A DNA stretch of 64,000 nucleotides from Eledone cirrhosa (GCA_964016885.1 OZ024743.1:214644001-214708000); one strand, 5' to 3'. Shown: positions 25,600 to 40,190, counted from the first letter of the stretch. The notes: generated by a model not told the origin, from the sequence alone. Program-made: numbers and translations.

Positions 25600-27110
25600 A
25601 TATAACCAAAGCAGCAGGACTTACCAATATGTATCACACCTAAAATTGACAGAGCTAAACAGGTCAGTAGCTTGCGCATTAATTTTGGTATTTTGGAAGG
25701 TGATTTGTTTTGTCTTATAGTTTGCAGTGCAGTCATACATTTGATGTTCGAGGTCAATAATACAAAATATGGCCACGTAATAGACTCTAACACCATAATT
25801 TATCTGTTTTATATGGATGAATTGAAACTTAGTGAAAAGTGACAGTGATTTGGAAGGAGTTCTGAAGAGAATTAAGGCATTCTGTGATGACGTTGGGATG
25901 GAGTTTCGACTAGAAAAATGCGGAAAAACACCATTCAGCAAAGGCAGAATGTTATGCACAAATTGGATGGAAATAGATGTGAATAGAATAATTAAGGAAT
26001 TTGAATAGGAACAAACATACATAACTGGAGATCAATGAAGGCCAAGGTATTAACCACCCCACTATGAAGGAAATAATCAGGAAAGAATACTTCAAGTAAG
26101 TACGTGCAGTCTTGAAAGCTGAGATTAACTTGAGGAATAATCTGCCATAAATTCGTGTACAATCCCAGCATATTTTGGAATATTAATGAAATAACCAAAA
26201 TGCACACCAACATTTTGGAAACTTCCGATCTCATAAAATGCATCACCTAAAAGCATACGTATATGACCAGCATCACTAGACATGGGGAGAGACATGAAAC
26301 ATTAGCTGCCATGCATAATATTAATCGTGGAACTAAAACAATATCTTAAAACAACATATAACTGGATGCTGAAAATTGTTGCTGATCTCGAAAGGAAGAA
26401 GAGGTTATATTCAGTGAGAAAAGAAGGTAGGAAGTTTGTGGAAGAATTTCGAATACATTTTGCAAACGATAGCGTTTCTACAAATAAACATGCAAGGAAT
26501 ATCAAAATGTTGGCAAACCATAAATATCAATGAAACCTGTACACTAAATGGCAGCTAAACAATTGTTCCCCGTAGTAAAGAACGTGATATAGTTCAAACA
26601 CTAACCCATCGGTTATTGCAGAGCTCTGAGTTTAAAAAATAAAGTGAGGGCTTCATTTGGGCTGCACAATACTAGTATTTTGCAACACGCAACTTTGAAG
26701 CCAATGATATAAAAAATGGAACTGAACAAAAGTGTCGATTCTGCGATGATCCTATTAAGACCATTGACCATCTAGTTTTCGGACGCAAAATATTAGTTTC
26801 CCAGGGATATAAAACGATTCATAAAAGACTGGGTAATATACGGGTTGTATCGTATAACATAGAGGGAAAGGGTACTCTCATCGTCCAGAGGCATCTCCTT
26901 GAAAGAGTTCCGAAATTTCAGTGTATATAAGGATCTATCAATTGAAATTGAGAAAACGTTGCATCTTTATACTTCTACAATAGGAGTGATTGTTGATGTA
27001 CAAAAATGTAGATCAGATACCTTGGACGCCATCTCTGCAAGATATACAGAAGAATGTGCTAACTGGCAGGGTAATGTTCCGGGAAAGGTATTACGAATTA
27101 CGTAGTTTGC
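25600..27110 (+). pseudogene. Heavily decayed R4/Dong-type LINE
   Basis: Scattered frames give LYMDELK, GMEFRLEKC, EGFIWAAQ, KCRFCDD..TIDHLV and YKDLSIEIEK, collinear with the 11.9-kb LINE. Confidence 0.7.
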
Positions 27111-27324
27111 TAACACAATTACTGTTGTTTATGCCCGAAATCATTTGTATGACAATTGATTGTAAAATATGTGTATTACGAAATTATGCAAAAGGTGGCA
27201 TTTTGAAACTAGGCAAGATATGGGAAACAAGCAGAATCAACAGGAATTGTTTTATAATAATTATGATAAGAATAACATGAATATGAATATGAATAACTGT
27301 TTCTAACTTTGATACATTATTATA

Positions 27325-27638
27325 TGCAGTATCGGTAGAGAGTCGGACACCATGCTTTGAAGCATAGAGTTACGTCCCTTTATGATCTAAGTTCAAATCC
27401 CGCCGAGGTTAACTTTGCCTTTCATCCTTACGGGGTCGATAAAGTAAAGTACCAGTAATGTACTGGGTAATTGCTAGCCTTGTGCCTAAAATAGAAACAA
27501 TTATTATGTAATCCCGGTCTCAGTTCAAATTCCGCCGAGGTTAACTTTGCCTTTCATTCCCACGGGGTCAATAAAATACAGCACCAGAAAATGCACTGGG
27601 ATAATTGCTGGCCTTGTGCCAAAATTAGAAACAATTAT
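27325..27638 (+). mobile_element. Two adjacent SINE copies (27325-27505 near full length; 27522-27638 truncated)
   Basis: A-box-like gcagtatcgg, B-box gttcaaatcc, and the shared body twice. Confidence 0.85.
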
Positions 27639-29345
27639 CATATACTCCCAGAAGTTTACTTGGTATTTTCTAGACGACTTCAGCAGGACGTGTGCAGTGT
27701 TACACAACCGTTAATAATCCCCCCCCCCCCCCCCTTGCTAATATATAACAATGTAATAAGATATACTATATTCTATATTCATCTGTAATAATTTGATGTT
27801 CGGAAAAATATAGATTTAATGAAATAATTAAATAGAAAACAAAACTTTGGAAGCATTTTCTTTTAATCATATTGAATTTTGTCTTGTATGTTTATTATAT
27901 TTTTTGTTCATATTTTTATTTTCGTATTACTCGTTTTTTTTTTTTATTTCAATATAATTCAAATATATTATCATTAATCACACGCTCCATTAATTATTGG
28001 TGCGCACTATTGTATAGGCTGTTCATTAATTTATCGCTGAAGACATCATCTGACGCTTTCAGTTTCAAAAGATCACATAAACAAATAAAAAGTAAAAAGA
28101 GAAGTACAACCAGCGGATTTTATTTCTAGCTCTTCTGAGATTGCAGCTTATTTAAATTTATTATTTAGTATTTTAATGTATTTCATATGGCCATGTTAAT
28201 TTTTCTATTTTGTAATCGTTGGTTTGTCTTAACACTAATTTCTCTTTTTATTTTTTGTTATCCTTGAATTGTATTCTACGGCATAATCTCTTGAGAAATC
28301 TATGACAAAGGACATCTGTTTTGCTGATTGTATTCGGTTATCACTGATTCAATCGATTAAAAATTAATGTCTCAGAAAGAGAATTTTACGACATAATATC
28401 CATTTCTAGATAGCAAGTAAAGTACTTTTATGTTTGAGAAATAAAATCAACTCATTAGACAAATAAAAGCAAGGATAGCACCCCAAGAATAAACTGAAAA
28501 GAACAAAAAAAAATCATAAACATACACAGGTGTATACAAGCACACACGTATAAAACATATATCCACTTATGCACACAGAGACAAAAAACAAAACTGTCAC
28601 CAGAAAAGAATTATAGCTAAAGACAGTAATAAGAAAACAACACTCATTCCATCTAAAATGAAATTCCTGAATTATAAAATCAATTCTCTGGAATTAAATA
28701 CCAAACAAATGCGGAACGTCATTCACGGAAACTGTAATAAACACACAAAGAAGAAAAATACAAAAGAAAGGAATGTTATTTTCAGAAATTTTGAATCTAT
28801 CCAAACATTAGTGATAGTCAAAGTACACAATTTTTCTATTGAAATGAATGTCGTGAGGTCAAAGTAATTTATAGCAAGTTATCTGGTTTAAATTATAGAA
28901 ATATAGTAATACACGTCTGCATCATTTGTTTGTTATTGAAACGTTCTTATATAATTTATTCTTAGTTATATAATAATTATATATACATAAATCTGTAAAA
29001 AGAATATATATGTTGCAGATATCTCATAGCGCAGAGCTACTTTAATTAACTAGGATTTAAGACGAGTAAATGGTATGCATACGGATATTTGCATAACGTG
29101 CAATATAGAAATGCGTGTGGTATTATATGGTGAATTACAAAACATGGCCAAGCGTGTGGCATTATGAGATAAGTAAAGAAGGAACTGAAAAAAATAAAAA
29201 ACATATTTAGTTTGAATAAAGATTTATCTCAGCTAGGCAGCTGGGTTGTATTAATCTATCATTGTTATTAATTTCATCATGAATTATGTTATCTCTAATC
29301 CCAGTACTGAGTAATTTATTAATCTAATGCTACTTCCACGCATGT

Positions 29346-29430
<85 letters not shown>

Positions 29431-30073
29431 TGCTATCCGTCGACTTGTTTAACTGTTTGTGGCTTTCTCTCATCATTCCAATATTATCTCCCTGCATTCT
29501 ATGCATGAGACTTTAAAAATATATTTACCACAATGAAACAAATTAAACCTTAATTCTGTTAATCGTATGTATGAATACTAAGTTTCATATTTATTTTAAA
29601 TCATTACCCGTGCAAAATCCAAAGATGCATGAATGTGCAAAACTACGGATAGTATAATAACCTATCTAAGTAATGTAATTTTATAGAGAATTTAATTATA
29701 TTAATCAACACATATAAATAAAGAAATATATATTAATCAACATATATGGATTTTTGCAAACTCATTATAGATTACATGTGTACCTCTGTAATGTATATAA
29801 TATTAACATTATCAAGTGCATGTACAGGGTTATTAACTTTATTATGTTAATCAAACTTTATTCAATGAGAAAATAAAAAAAAAATAATAATAAATAGTAG
29901 TTTAAAAAATGTTGACATAGATAATGTAAAACAATTTTAAATTAACTTCATCATCGTTATAAATGTTCAGAAAATAATATTTAGTTTATTATTATGTCTA
30001 TTAAAACACAATTATACTTACAACGTAGAAATGTACTATTCAAAATTTAATTACTAAGGATAAAGTAATTAAT

Positions 30074-30261
30074 TGTTTCTACATTTGGCACATGGCCAGC
30101 AATTACCCAGTGCATTACTGGTACTTTATTTTATCGACCCCGAAAGGATGAAAGGCAAAGTTAACCTCGGCGGGATTTGAACTCAGAATGGCAAGGACCG
30201 TAACTCTATGCGTCAAAGCATGGCGTCCGACCCTCTACCGATACTGCCAATCCACCGCCCT
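30074..30261 (-). mobile_element. Full-length tRNA-derived SINE with 16-bp target site duplication
   Basis: A box tggcagtatcgg, B box gttcaaatcc. TSD ggataaagtaattaat at 30058-30073 and 30262-30277. Confidence 0.92.
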
Positions 30262-31117
30262 GGATAAAGTAATTAATACTTGAAAATTGATAATATTGGA
30301 GTGAATTAATTAAACAAAATGTAAATATTTATGAACAATCGTTCAAATGAGAAATCGTGATATTTATGTAGGATCATAATCCGTAATTAAAAACGTTAAA
30401 GTATACTCATTGTACAGTGTATAATGCTGTAAGATCTATAATTTGAAAGATACTTATAAGACATTTCTCTTTCACGATTTCATTCGAATCTCCTCCGTTT
30501 GTAAATGTTACCAATGCTAATTATCTATCATTCTACAATATGTTCTATATCGTAACCTGCTGATTTTTTTAGTATTTGTTTGCAACAAATATTAAATTTT
30601 CTATGTAAAAAAATGTAAGTCATTACCATGGGATCTGTAATTTATACGCTATAACTTCCCTTGCATAATGTTCTTGAAGAGGGCAGTTTTCAGGGATTCT
30701 ATAACTGCACGCAATACAACCTGATTTTTTATTTATAGTTATTCGAACTTCCAGGTTGTAATATAGTTTAGATACAGTATTAGTGATAAAAGCTGCAATA
30801 CATAAATTATTGGTTGCATTAGTTGGTATAGTTAACTTACCTGAGGATTTTTTATGATATGCTTAACTTGGCATTTATTAGATCAGCCACACCCCTGTTA
30901 AGTAGGCACTAATAATTAAACATCTCGATGAGATAAATCTCTCAGAGAACTAATATTATGTATTAAAAATAAATGAGAACATCTCTAATTCTGGGAGTGA
31001 TTTTACCCAGGATTAGAGATTGTTCTCATATAAATTTATTGTATATATATATATGTCCCAGGGGTCTGATACCATCAACACTATAAACACAGAGCTGGCA
31101 TATCTAAGAACTGACTA

Positions 31118-31173
31118 ACTGCCTGATGAGGTCATAGCCATTCAATGGCTATCGTCGAAATATATATAGCAGT
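31118..31173 (+). ncRNA. Type I hammerhead ribozyme in a short (TA)n-flanked element (~31055-31220)
   Basis: ACUGC-CUGAUGA-Gguc-AUAGCCA(uucaa)UGGCUAU-cguC-GAAA-UAUAUAUA/GCAGU, followed immediately by AATAAA. Confidence 0.85.
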
Positions 31174-31214
31174 AAATAAAGGATTATGAGTTCATGCAAT
31201 TGACTTATGTTTCG

Positions 31215-31273
<59 letters not shown>

Positions 31274-31279
<6 letters not shown>

Positions 31280-32095
31280 ATACTTGGGGAGGGTCATATT
31301 GTTGTAATAACATTGCCACAATTAATAACAGAACACAATTACTGTTTGGTTGGTTTTCGCTTCTGTATCTTTTATATCAGTTAATTTATTCGGTCCTCAA
31401 TGTTTACCATTGACTGACCAACGGTCTTAAAAATGCAGATATAATATAGACACAAACACTTATATATAGTCTAACAAAGTTCTTTCGTTGCACATCTGAA
31501 ACTTCGTCAGTGGTGCTATTATGTTCCCCCTGTTGTATTGTAAATATATGCCATCTTTATTTAATCTGTTTATTTGTTTATTTATTTATTTATTTATTTA
31601 TGTTTGTCTTCTTCTCTGCGCATGCGTTTGCGTGTGTGTATAGTGTTTGGTGTCTGTTCGCGTTTGGGTGACTGTGTTTTCATTATTGTATTATATCTTA
31701 GTTTACTAGTGTGTGTTTATATGTTTTTTTTTGTTATTGTGCTATTTATTTATTTATTTATATGTCTCTTATGTCAGTATTGTTTGTGTGGGTCTTGTTG
31801 TTATTGCATTCATTTTTTTCTGTTTAGCTTTGGCCTTCTAAGTTCTATTCACTTGCCTCTCTGATTTGCCTATCTGCTGGGTCATTTCTATGTTTAGAAA
31901 TCATTTTTATTTCTATGTTGACTATGTTACCGTCATGTTGTTGTCTGGTGCGTTTGTATAGTACTAAACCGTTTTTCGTCCGTTTAGTCCCCCCCCCCCA
32001 CCCACACACTGTTGGTCTATCCTTCCACCTCTGTTACGAGCAGTCTCGCCTATGTATGTTGTTGTCATATTTCTGCAAGTACCCTCTGTACATCT
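31274..32095 (-). mobile_element. PLE family B 3' fragment (endonuclease end plus pseudo-LTR), with HHR motif at 31472-31516
   Basis: Reverse-complement homolog of 44860-45648; CUGACGA-a-GUUuCA(gaug)UGCAAC-GAAA-GAACUU. Confidence 0.85.
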
Positions 32096-32097
32096 TT

Positions 32098-33490
32098 TGC
32101 AGAGGGGAATTAAGAAAAACTTCTTTTATCTTCAACATTCAGAAGATTGGCAAAAGTTAAGAGCTGAAATCTAAAGGATTCCCAAAACCAAACATTAAAA
32201 AATTAAAAATTAAAGATTAAAGAAGTTTAAGAGAGTCAAGAGAACTCTTCCAAAAAACTTCCAAAAATACCTTTCAAAAGAAACCTTAATCATTTTTTCT
32301 CTTCAAAAAAATCATTCTTTAGAAGAAATTTTTAAAAGTTCTTAAAAAATCTTTTCAAAAAACGAGACACAGTGCGTATATATATAAAAATGAATGAGTA
32401 AATAAATAAATATATACACAGAGGGAATTAAGTAACAACATTTTCTACAAAATTGCGAAAATTGTGTGTGTGTGCTTTTACAGTTTGTCTGTTAAAGTTA
32501 CTTTTGTAGAGGGGAAAAAAGAAAAAATTCTTCTCACTCCAAAATTCAGAGAATTGGCAAAAGTTAAGAGCTGAAATCCAAAAGATTCGCAGAATCCAAG
32601 AATTTAAAAATTAAAGGAGTTAAGAGAGTTGAGAGAACCCTTCCAAAAAACTTCAAAAATAATCCTTCAAAAGGAGCCTTAAAGAAACTCTCTCCAAAAA
32701 ATCATTTTTAAAGAGAAATTCTTAAAATATCCTAAAAATTATTTCCAAAATCGAGGCAAAGTTCGTCCATATATATAAATGAATGAATTAATAGATAAAT
32801 ATGTACATAAATATTTACACACAGAGGGAATTAAGTAACATTTTTTTTCCACAAAATTCCCAAAATGGTCAAAAGTTAAAGCCTAAGAGCCAAAGAGTTC
32901 TCAGAATCTAAAAGTTTAAAAATAAGAAGAGTTCTCTAAACTCTCTTAACTCCTTTAATTTTTAAATTCTTGGATTCTGCGAATCCTTTGGATTTCAGCC
33001 TTAACTTTTGCCAATACTCTGAATTTTGGAGAGAGAAGAATTTTTTCTTGTTCCCCTCTACAAAAGTAACTTTAACAGACACACTGTAAAAGCACACACA
33101 CACAATTTACGGAATTGTGTAGAAAAAATGTTACTTAATTCCCTCTGTGTATATATTTATTTATTTACTCATTCATATTTAAAAAGATTTTTTGAAAAGA
33201 TTTTTTAAGATCTTTTAAATATTTCTTCCAAAGAATGATTTTTGGGATAGAAAAAGTTCTTAAGGTTTCTTTTGAAAGGTATTTTTTGAAGTGTTTTGTA
33301 AGATTTATCTTGACTCTCTTAACTTCTTTAATCTTTAATTTTTAATTGTTATATTTTTGGATTCTGCGAATTCTTTCGATTTCAGCTCTTAACTTTTGCC
33401 AATCTCCTGAATTTTGAAGAGAAAATAAGTATTTCTTAATTCCCCTCTACAAAAGTAACTTTAACAGATAAAATGTAAAAACACACACAC
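32098..33490. repeat. Complex fold-back: tandem ~300-400-bp units followed by their inverted copy
   Basis: Unit starts agagggga at ~32101, 32508 and 32823. 32940-33490 is the reverse complement of ~32100-32630. Confidence 0.75.
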
Positions 33491-34054
33491 ACAACAAACT
33501 CACACATATATACGCACACATTTTTATGCATACATATACGCACACACTCACATGTGTGTACTGTTGTATATACACCCTCACACTCTCTCTATACACATGT
33601 GTATGTGGGTATGTACACATATCTACCCACCACGGTAGTCAGGTTCTACAGCAGCAGTCAGCTCCTACAAGCCCCTACCCCATTTTGAACTATTGACCAC
33701 TAGATTAAACAAAACAACTTGGCCTCACTCCATGCCAAGTTTTCAGAGGGTATGATGGAAGAAATCTTGCTGAAACATTCGTTTTTGATTTTAATTTTAA
33801 ACACTTTTTTTACTCCCTTTGTAATTAATTTTTTTCAGTGAATTTGACAAGATGGATTTTAATACATCGAAACAGGTAATTTTTCCATACACTTTATATA
33901 CTCCATAAAAAAACTTTCAAAAAATAATTGTCCCTCTTTTTTTAATAACACTATCTTTTCAATAATGTCACTTTGACGAATCAAACAGACCCGTAAGCAT
34001 ATCTCCCGTGCTATTTCCGACTTCATCTTTCTCTCTCTCTCTGTATATATATAC

Positions 34055-34114
<60 letters not shown>

Positions 34115-34930
34115 TATTTTCCGTTGTGTTGTAATATAAATATTACACACAGTAGATTGACAGCTCACGTAGAGTTTGCTCGACGGTTCCAGTTGAAATT
34201 CCAAAAGTAATCCGGAGAAAAATAGAAAGATTTGAATGGATACAGTTTAGCTGAAAGGAATTTATTGACACGTGTTTCTATAACAGTTACATAACCTGAA
34301 AACACCTGCTATCTACAAAGTATTAGTTATGCAGACAATCAATATTTCAATGTTATTATTTACTGTCATTTCATCAGAATAATATTTCTGAGGACCTGTT
34401 TGGTTTTTATAGAGAATATTAGGAGAGAGGGGTGAAGTTGTTAGAAGAATAGTTGAGGCAGTGGTTTTTTGATAGCAGTGAGAATTTTTGGTGGCAGTGA
34501 GTAATTAGATTCCCATCTGTTGTTTTGACATTTTTATAGAATATATTATTGGTTATTTTTCTAAATCTATAGAGGGATTAGAGATAGTAAAGATATGCGT
34601 GGTTGATTTTGTGTTTGCACTTAATTAACATTCAGACTTAAATTTTTTTCTTTCAGTGTACGTATCCTTTCACCCACGCATTCTCACACAAACATATTTG
34701 CACCCCGCTACAAAATACATATACTCACATTCACATAGTAACATGTTCATACTTACATACATATACACATGCATACATATATATATACACACATGTATTC
34801 ATGTACATACATACGCGTTCATGTGTGTACATTTTCATACTCAACTTATCTTTATATACACACGTATAGACACACACATATATACATACATACTCTAGTC
34901 TATGTGTATATATATACATATACATACATA

Positions 34931-34992
<62 letters not shown>

Positions 34993-35332
34993 AGCACTTT
35001 AATACATGAATACACTTACATCTAACTATACACATCAAACATATATATATATTTACTTATTTATATACATTTTCACATATATATACATACTTATGGTCGC
35101 TTTTTGACACATTCATCATCGCATTTTTGCACCTATTCTCATCACCATATCTTTCCATTATTAGTGTGGTAATTTGAGCTTATTAATATACATATATATG
35201 TTGATAAGAAATTGTTTTTATATTTTTCTAACTAGATTGAGGTTTATATAGTTGGGGGGATGTCCCTCCTTTATGTAATATTTGGCTTGTAGTGGGAAAA
35301 AGGGTTTTAGTTCGGTGACGGCAAAATAATGT

Positions 35333-37062
35333 TCATTCAATTCTGTTATTCAGCAATTTCTTCTTGTGTGTGATTATGTAATAAATCTCAAGATTACACA
35401 ATTTGCAGAAATTTTGGCTCCTGGAAAAGCGTTGGGTTTTAGCTAATTTCTCCCATTTTAGGGTAAACTTTTGATCGCTATCCCTGAGCGTCCAAGCTTT
35501 TTCTGCTAAAGTTGTTACATTTCTTTGGCTCTGGTGTTTTATTGAGTAAGAATGCCTATATAATCGAGATTTAAACGATGTTGCCGTTGATCCCACGTAA
35601 TACCACTCGTTGCCTCCGGATTTAATGGTACACTTATAGATAATATTTTTTTCCAGGCAGTTATTGCCGAGGGGGCAGTTGTCAGGATAGGTGAAGTTAC
35701 AGTTGTGTACGTTGGGTTTTCTCTGGAGTAGTATTGCGGACGAACCTAGGTGTGGTTTATTTATGTTCTGTAGTGTATTATCTACTGTTTTTTTGTGTTC
35801 TTTGTACTTAAGTTTTTATTGTTTTCGTTTAACCTTCTAGTATTGATCTTTTTTATGTGTTGTTCAAGGTTTAACGCTGTAGAGTATGACAGTCTTATAG
35901 TGGTAGGGTTTAGGATTTTGTGGTATTTGTGTGATGTAGGAAAATGTCTCTTAATTATTTTAAAGAAGAGTACTGGTAAATTTGTACTAATGGAACTATT
36001 GTATTCGGAGTTATACCATAAGTACTCTTTGCATCACTTTCTATTAGTTTTGTTTGTTGCTTTACTGGTGTGCATACTATGGTAGTAAGTGTGGTTTGGT
36101 GTTGTGTTATTATATCTACGTATGTGGGATTTATTTTGGGTGTTTTGATTGTTCCCATCTATATACTCTATTTTGTTGAGGTGGCCTGCTTTACTAAGGG
36201 CGTTATCGTAGTATTCGGCGTGTTCCTTAAATACTTGTATGTTAGAAGATAGACCCGAGATTCTAAGGGAAATATTTTTAGGGATAGATTTAATTTTAGA
36301 GATGCGGTGGTTAGACCCAACATTTACGTATTTGAGATTTTCATTCCATTTATGAAACGGTTTAATCAGACCAGAGTTTAAGTTGAGTGTGACATCCAGG
36401 AAGTTAACTACTTTAAGGTGGTATTCATATGTTATAGTAAATCCTATTTCGAGTAGTAGTTTTCTTATATCTTTGCGTAGTTTTTCTAGTTTTTTGTTAT
36501 TTAGGTTTTTAACTAGGAGGAGAACATCGTCGCGGTATATTCCGCCGTGGAGATTGCTGAATTTTTCCTGGAGTCTAAAGGCGATAAATAACCCCACAAT
36601 ATCAGTTATTTCCGCCGAATCGTTAGAGCCCATTGTTATGTCAAAGTTAGAGGGTCTATCTTTACGTACCCAATAACTGTTCTCAAATTTGACTATAGTT
36701 TTCCTAGCTTCTAATATAATCTTAATTTCATCGTTTGTAAGGTCAGAGTTATCCTTAGCAAACTTAATGGCTCTATTCAAAGTTTCAGGTGATATCGATG
36801 AGTAATATTCATCGATATCAAACTGGATAAACTTAGATTTATTCTTATTGCTAATGCTATTAAACCATCTTATTGCTTCTTGGGTCTTCCCCCAGAATTT
36901 AATGTTAACCCTAGCCTTAATTTGCGAGATAATTCTATCTAAGATATATTTGCTTATTTTACCTATATCTGATTTAGAGGGGCAGGTTATTCTAATTTTA
37001 GGGTCATTATCAAAGTTTACCTTATGGTCCTTAAGATTGAAGGTGTATATTAATAACCTCAT
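35333..37062 (-). pseudogene. PLE RT-GIY-YIG polyprotein, 5'-truncated and frameshifted
   Basis: ORFs 36034-37062 and 35333-35596, with a CPLGNNCL linker near 35650-35700. Confidence 0.85.
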
Positions 37063-37243
37063 ATTACCACGCTAATAATGGAAAGATATGCTGATGAGAA
37101 TAGGCGCAAAAATGCGATAATGAATGTGTCAAAAAGCGATCATAAGTATGTATATATATGTGAAAATGTATATAAATAAGTAAATATATATATATGTTTG
37201 ATGTGTATAGTTAAATGTAAGTGTATTCATGTATTAAAGTGCT

Positions 37244-37317
<74 letters not shown>

Positions 37318-37849
37318 TACGTATGTATATATATATATATACACATAGACTAGAGTATGTGTGTGTCTATACGTGTGTATATAAAGATAAGTTGAGTATG
37401 AAAATGTACACACATGAACGCGTATGTATGTACACGAATACATGTGTGTATATATATATGTATGCATGTGTATATGTATGTAAGTATGAAAATGTTACTA
37501 TGTGAATGTGAGTATATGTATTTTGTAGAGGGGTGCAAATATGTTTGTGTGAGAATGCGTGGGTGAAAGGATACGTACACTGAAAGAAAAAAAATTAAGT
37601 CTGAATGTTAATTAAGTGCAAACACAAAACCAACCACGCATATCTTTACTATCTCTAATCCCTCTATAGATTTAGAAAAATAACCAATAATATATTCTAT
37701 AAAAATGTCAAAACAGCAGATGGGGATCTAATTACTCACTGCCACCAAAAATTCTCACTGCTATCAAAAAACCACTCCCTCAACTATTCTTCTAACAACT
37801 TCACCCCTCTCTCCTAATATTCTCTATAAAAACCAAACAGGTCCTCAGT

Positions 37850-37910
37850 AATATTATTCTGATGAAATGACAGTAAATAATAACATTGAAATATTGATTG
37901 TCTGCATAAC
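37850..37910 (+). ncRNA. Hammerhead-like core in pseudo-LTR (mirror copy at 34331-34390, minus)
   Basis: CUGAUGA-AAUG...CAUU-GAAA-UAUUGAUUGUC; stem I is poor. Confidence 0.45.
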
Positions 37911-38014
37911 TAATACTTTGTAGATAGCAGGTGTTTTCAGGTTATGTAACTGTTATAGAAACACGTGTCAATAAATTCCTTTCAACTAAACTGTATCCAT
38001 TCAAATCTTTCTAT

Positions 38015-38047
<33 letters not shown>

Positions 38048-40159
38048 CTTTCATGTTAAACCTACGCGAGCCTCATTATGTCATATTAAAAGCTGTGATC
38101 TTGTAAGGCCTATCAGAATAGACGCTCAGTATACCACAGATCTGCTTAGAGATTCTTATCCTTCATTGCTACCCTCTACTCACTCGGTACTGAAAGGTAA
38201 ATAGACTTAGTCTAAATGCTTTTCGCACATTTTCAGGATGACTATACGAATTACTGTCCTTTGTCCACCATGATCGAGTAGCAAGAGAGTGCTTCATAAA
38301 TATGAAGAATAATCTGAAATTACTTGACCTTACAACAATCTGTTCTGGGAGAATTTGAGTCAAATTGCCGTTTTGCCTCCAACAACATCTGAGTGACCGA
38401 TATTTGTGAACCTTTATAGGGGTCCTCACGTATTTTATGTAAACGTTCTTTAACTAACTAATGTCAAAATTTCAAAGGAAAATGAGTCTTCTACATGATT
38501 GGCTCCGTATAAATATCAGTCAAACTTACTTCAAACTGCATGGACCCTTTCATGAAAAGGTCACATTGTATCATGTAGCGTTCCATGGAGTGTAATCTTG
38601 CAACGATGGTGTGGTAGATTTAGCCACATACCTGACTGCTTACAGATAACCTGGGGCTATATACCAGCCACATGCTTCGATATTGCTTCAACTTGGAAAT
38701 TCTGCAACACATTAAATCATTGTCTTTTAAAATTACCATCAGGAATTTTAACCAAATCCAAGTGAATCATATATCATTGTACACATTAAGAGTATGTTGC
38801 GTTGAAAGTTTGTTTTAATGTTTTCTGCAAACGTTTTTCAGAGACTATTCAAAGAAGTATGTTGAGTACAACTACACACGTGACATTTTCTTTCCAATGA
38901 ACAATTACTTTAAAGATTGGTATTTTGACAAAAGTTGCATCATGTTCAGTTGTAATTGTACCTGCACGTTTTGCAAAATAGTCGATATACTTGTATTAGT
39001 TGCTTTATAAGATATCTAATATGGCAAGCCATTGTACATATTCTGTATTTCCTCATAAAACGGAACATTGTCTTTAATCATAGTGTTAATCTCACAAAAT
39101 AATAGCTTTTCTAGAGAATAAAGGAACTATTTTGTATGTTATTATATCTGCTGAATTGAATTTTTTATATCACATTTTGAATTTAGATAACAACAATGGA
39201 TAGTAGAATACATTGTTGCGGTGATGTATTATAATGTTTCAATTAAATATGATCTTAAAAAAGAAATCAAGCTTGTTTTAAATTCAATATCGTGGTTGGC
39301 CATAAAAAAATATCTCTAATGTTTAAAAAGGAAATAAAATATATTGATTGAATAAATTCTACATTATTTTCTTTTACTTCAATTCATGATGTTATTATAT
39401 ATTTATTTATTCATTTTCAGAATTCTCTTTTCATATCGTGGAAAGTGAATTTCAATTGGTATTAGGTTCAACTCCATTCAAAATACAGTCAATTAAAGGA
39501 GAAATGTGAATAATAAATAACCACATATGATTTCAATAATACAATGCCTAATATTAAACGCCTGAAGACAACATAATGGACTCACAATAGGATTCTAATA
39601 TTTTTAAAATAGTTAGCGAATATGTACTCTCTGAAACCATATATAAATATCATGTACAACGGATCTAGATATAGAAACGTTATTACTTCATTGAGAATCT
39701 CGCATCTTATCGTTCGTTTGGTTAAGTTTCCCTATAAAATATATAGTATAAATCAAGTTGATATAATGAGGATATACGATCAACGTTTGTATGCTTCATC
39801 AAAATGGATTGAGCAATCCATTTAACTCTATTATTAACGGGAAAATATATTAATTATACTTTTCAATGTAAATAGATTAACATTAAATTTGCTAATCTGT
39901 AGAGATTGAATATATAGTGTAATTATAATGGTGCTAAATCAATGAATGCAATCAGATATGGCAAAAGCGAATCACTGTTATTTATTAAATTAATCCCTGA
40001 GTTAAGTAATTATAAGTTTTTCTAGTTGTGGTTCATATCGTAATGCTGTTGTTAATACTCACTGAATCTGTATGTGTACTCCTATCTGGATTTCACAGTA
40101 TCAGTTGAGAATACTGAACACAAGTCTCCCTTCATCTACACGCACACACATATGTGTAA

Positions 40160-40190
<31 letters not shown>

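Larger units (their letters stand above)
34223..38013 (-). mobile_element. Hydra-like PLE with ~950-bp inverted pseudo-LTRs (34223-35173 / 37063-38013)
   Basis: Near-identical inverted arms enclose an RT (QFDIDEYY, MGSNDSAE, IYRDD) and a GIY-YIG (G.TATSFKSR, CKLCNLE, LNNRIE). Confidence 0.9.

Noticed and set aside
30170-30261. tRNA gene
   Set aside because: The A/B boxes belong to a SINE head with a shared body and TSD; no complete cloverleaf is evident.
37091-37120. CTGATGAG in the inverted pseudo-LTR
   Set aside because: The mirror copy reads GTGATGAG and no GAAA or stems follow.
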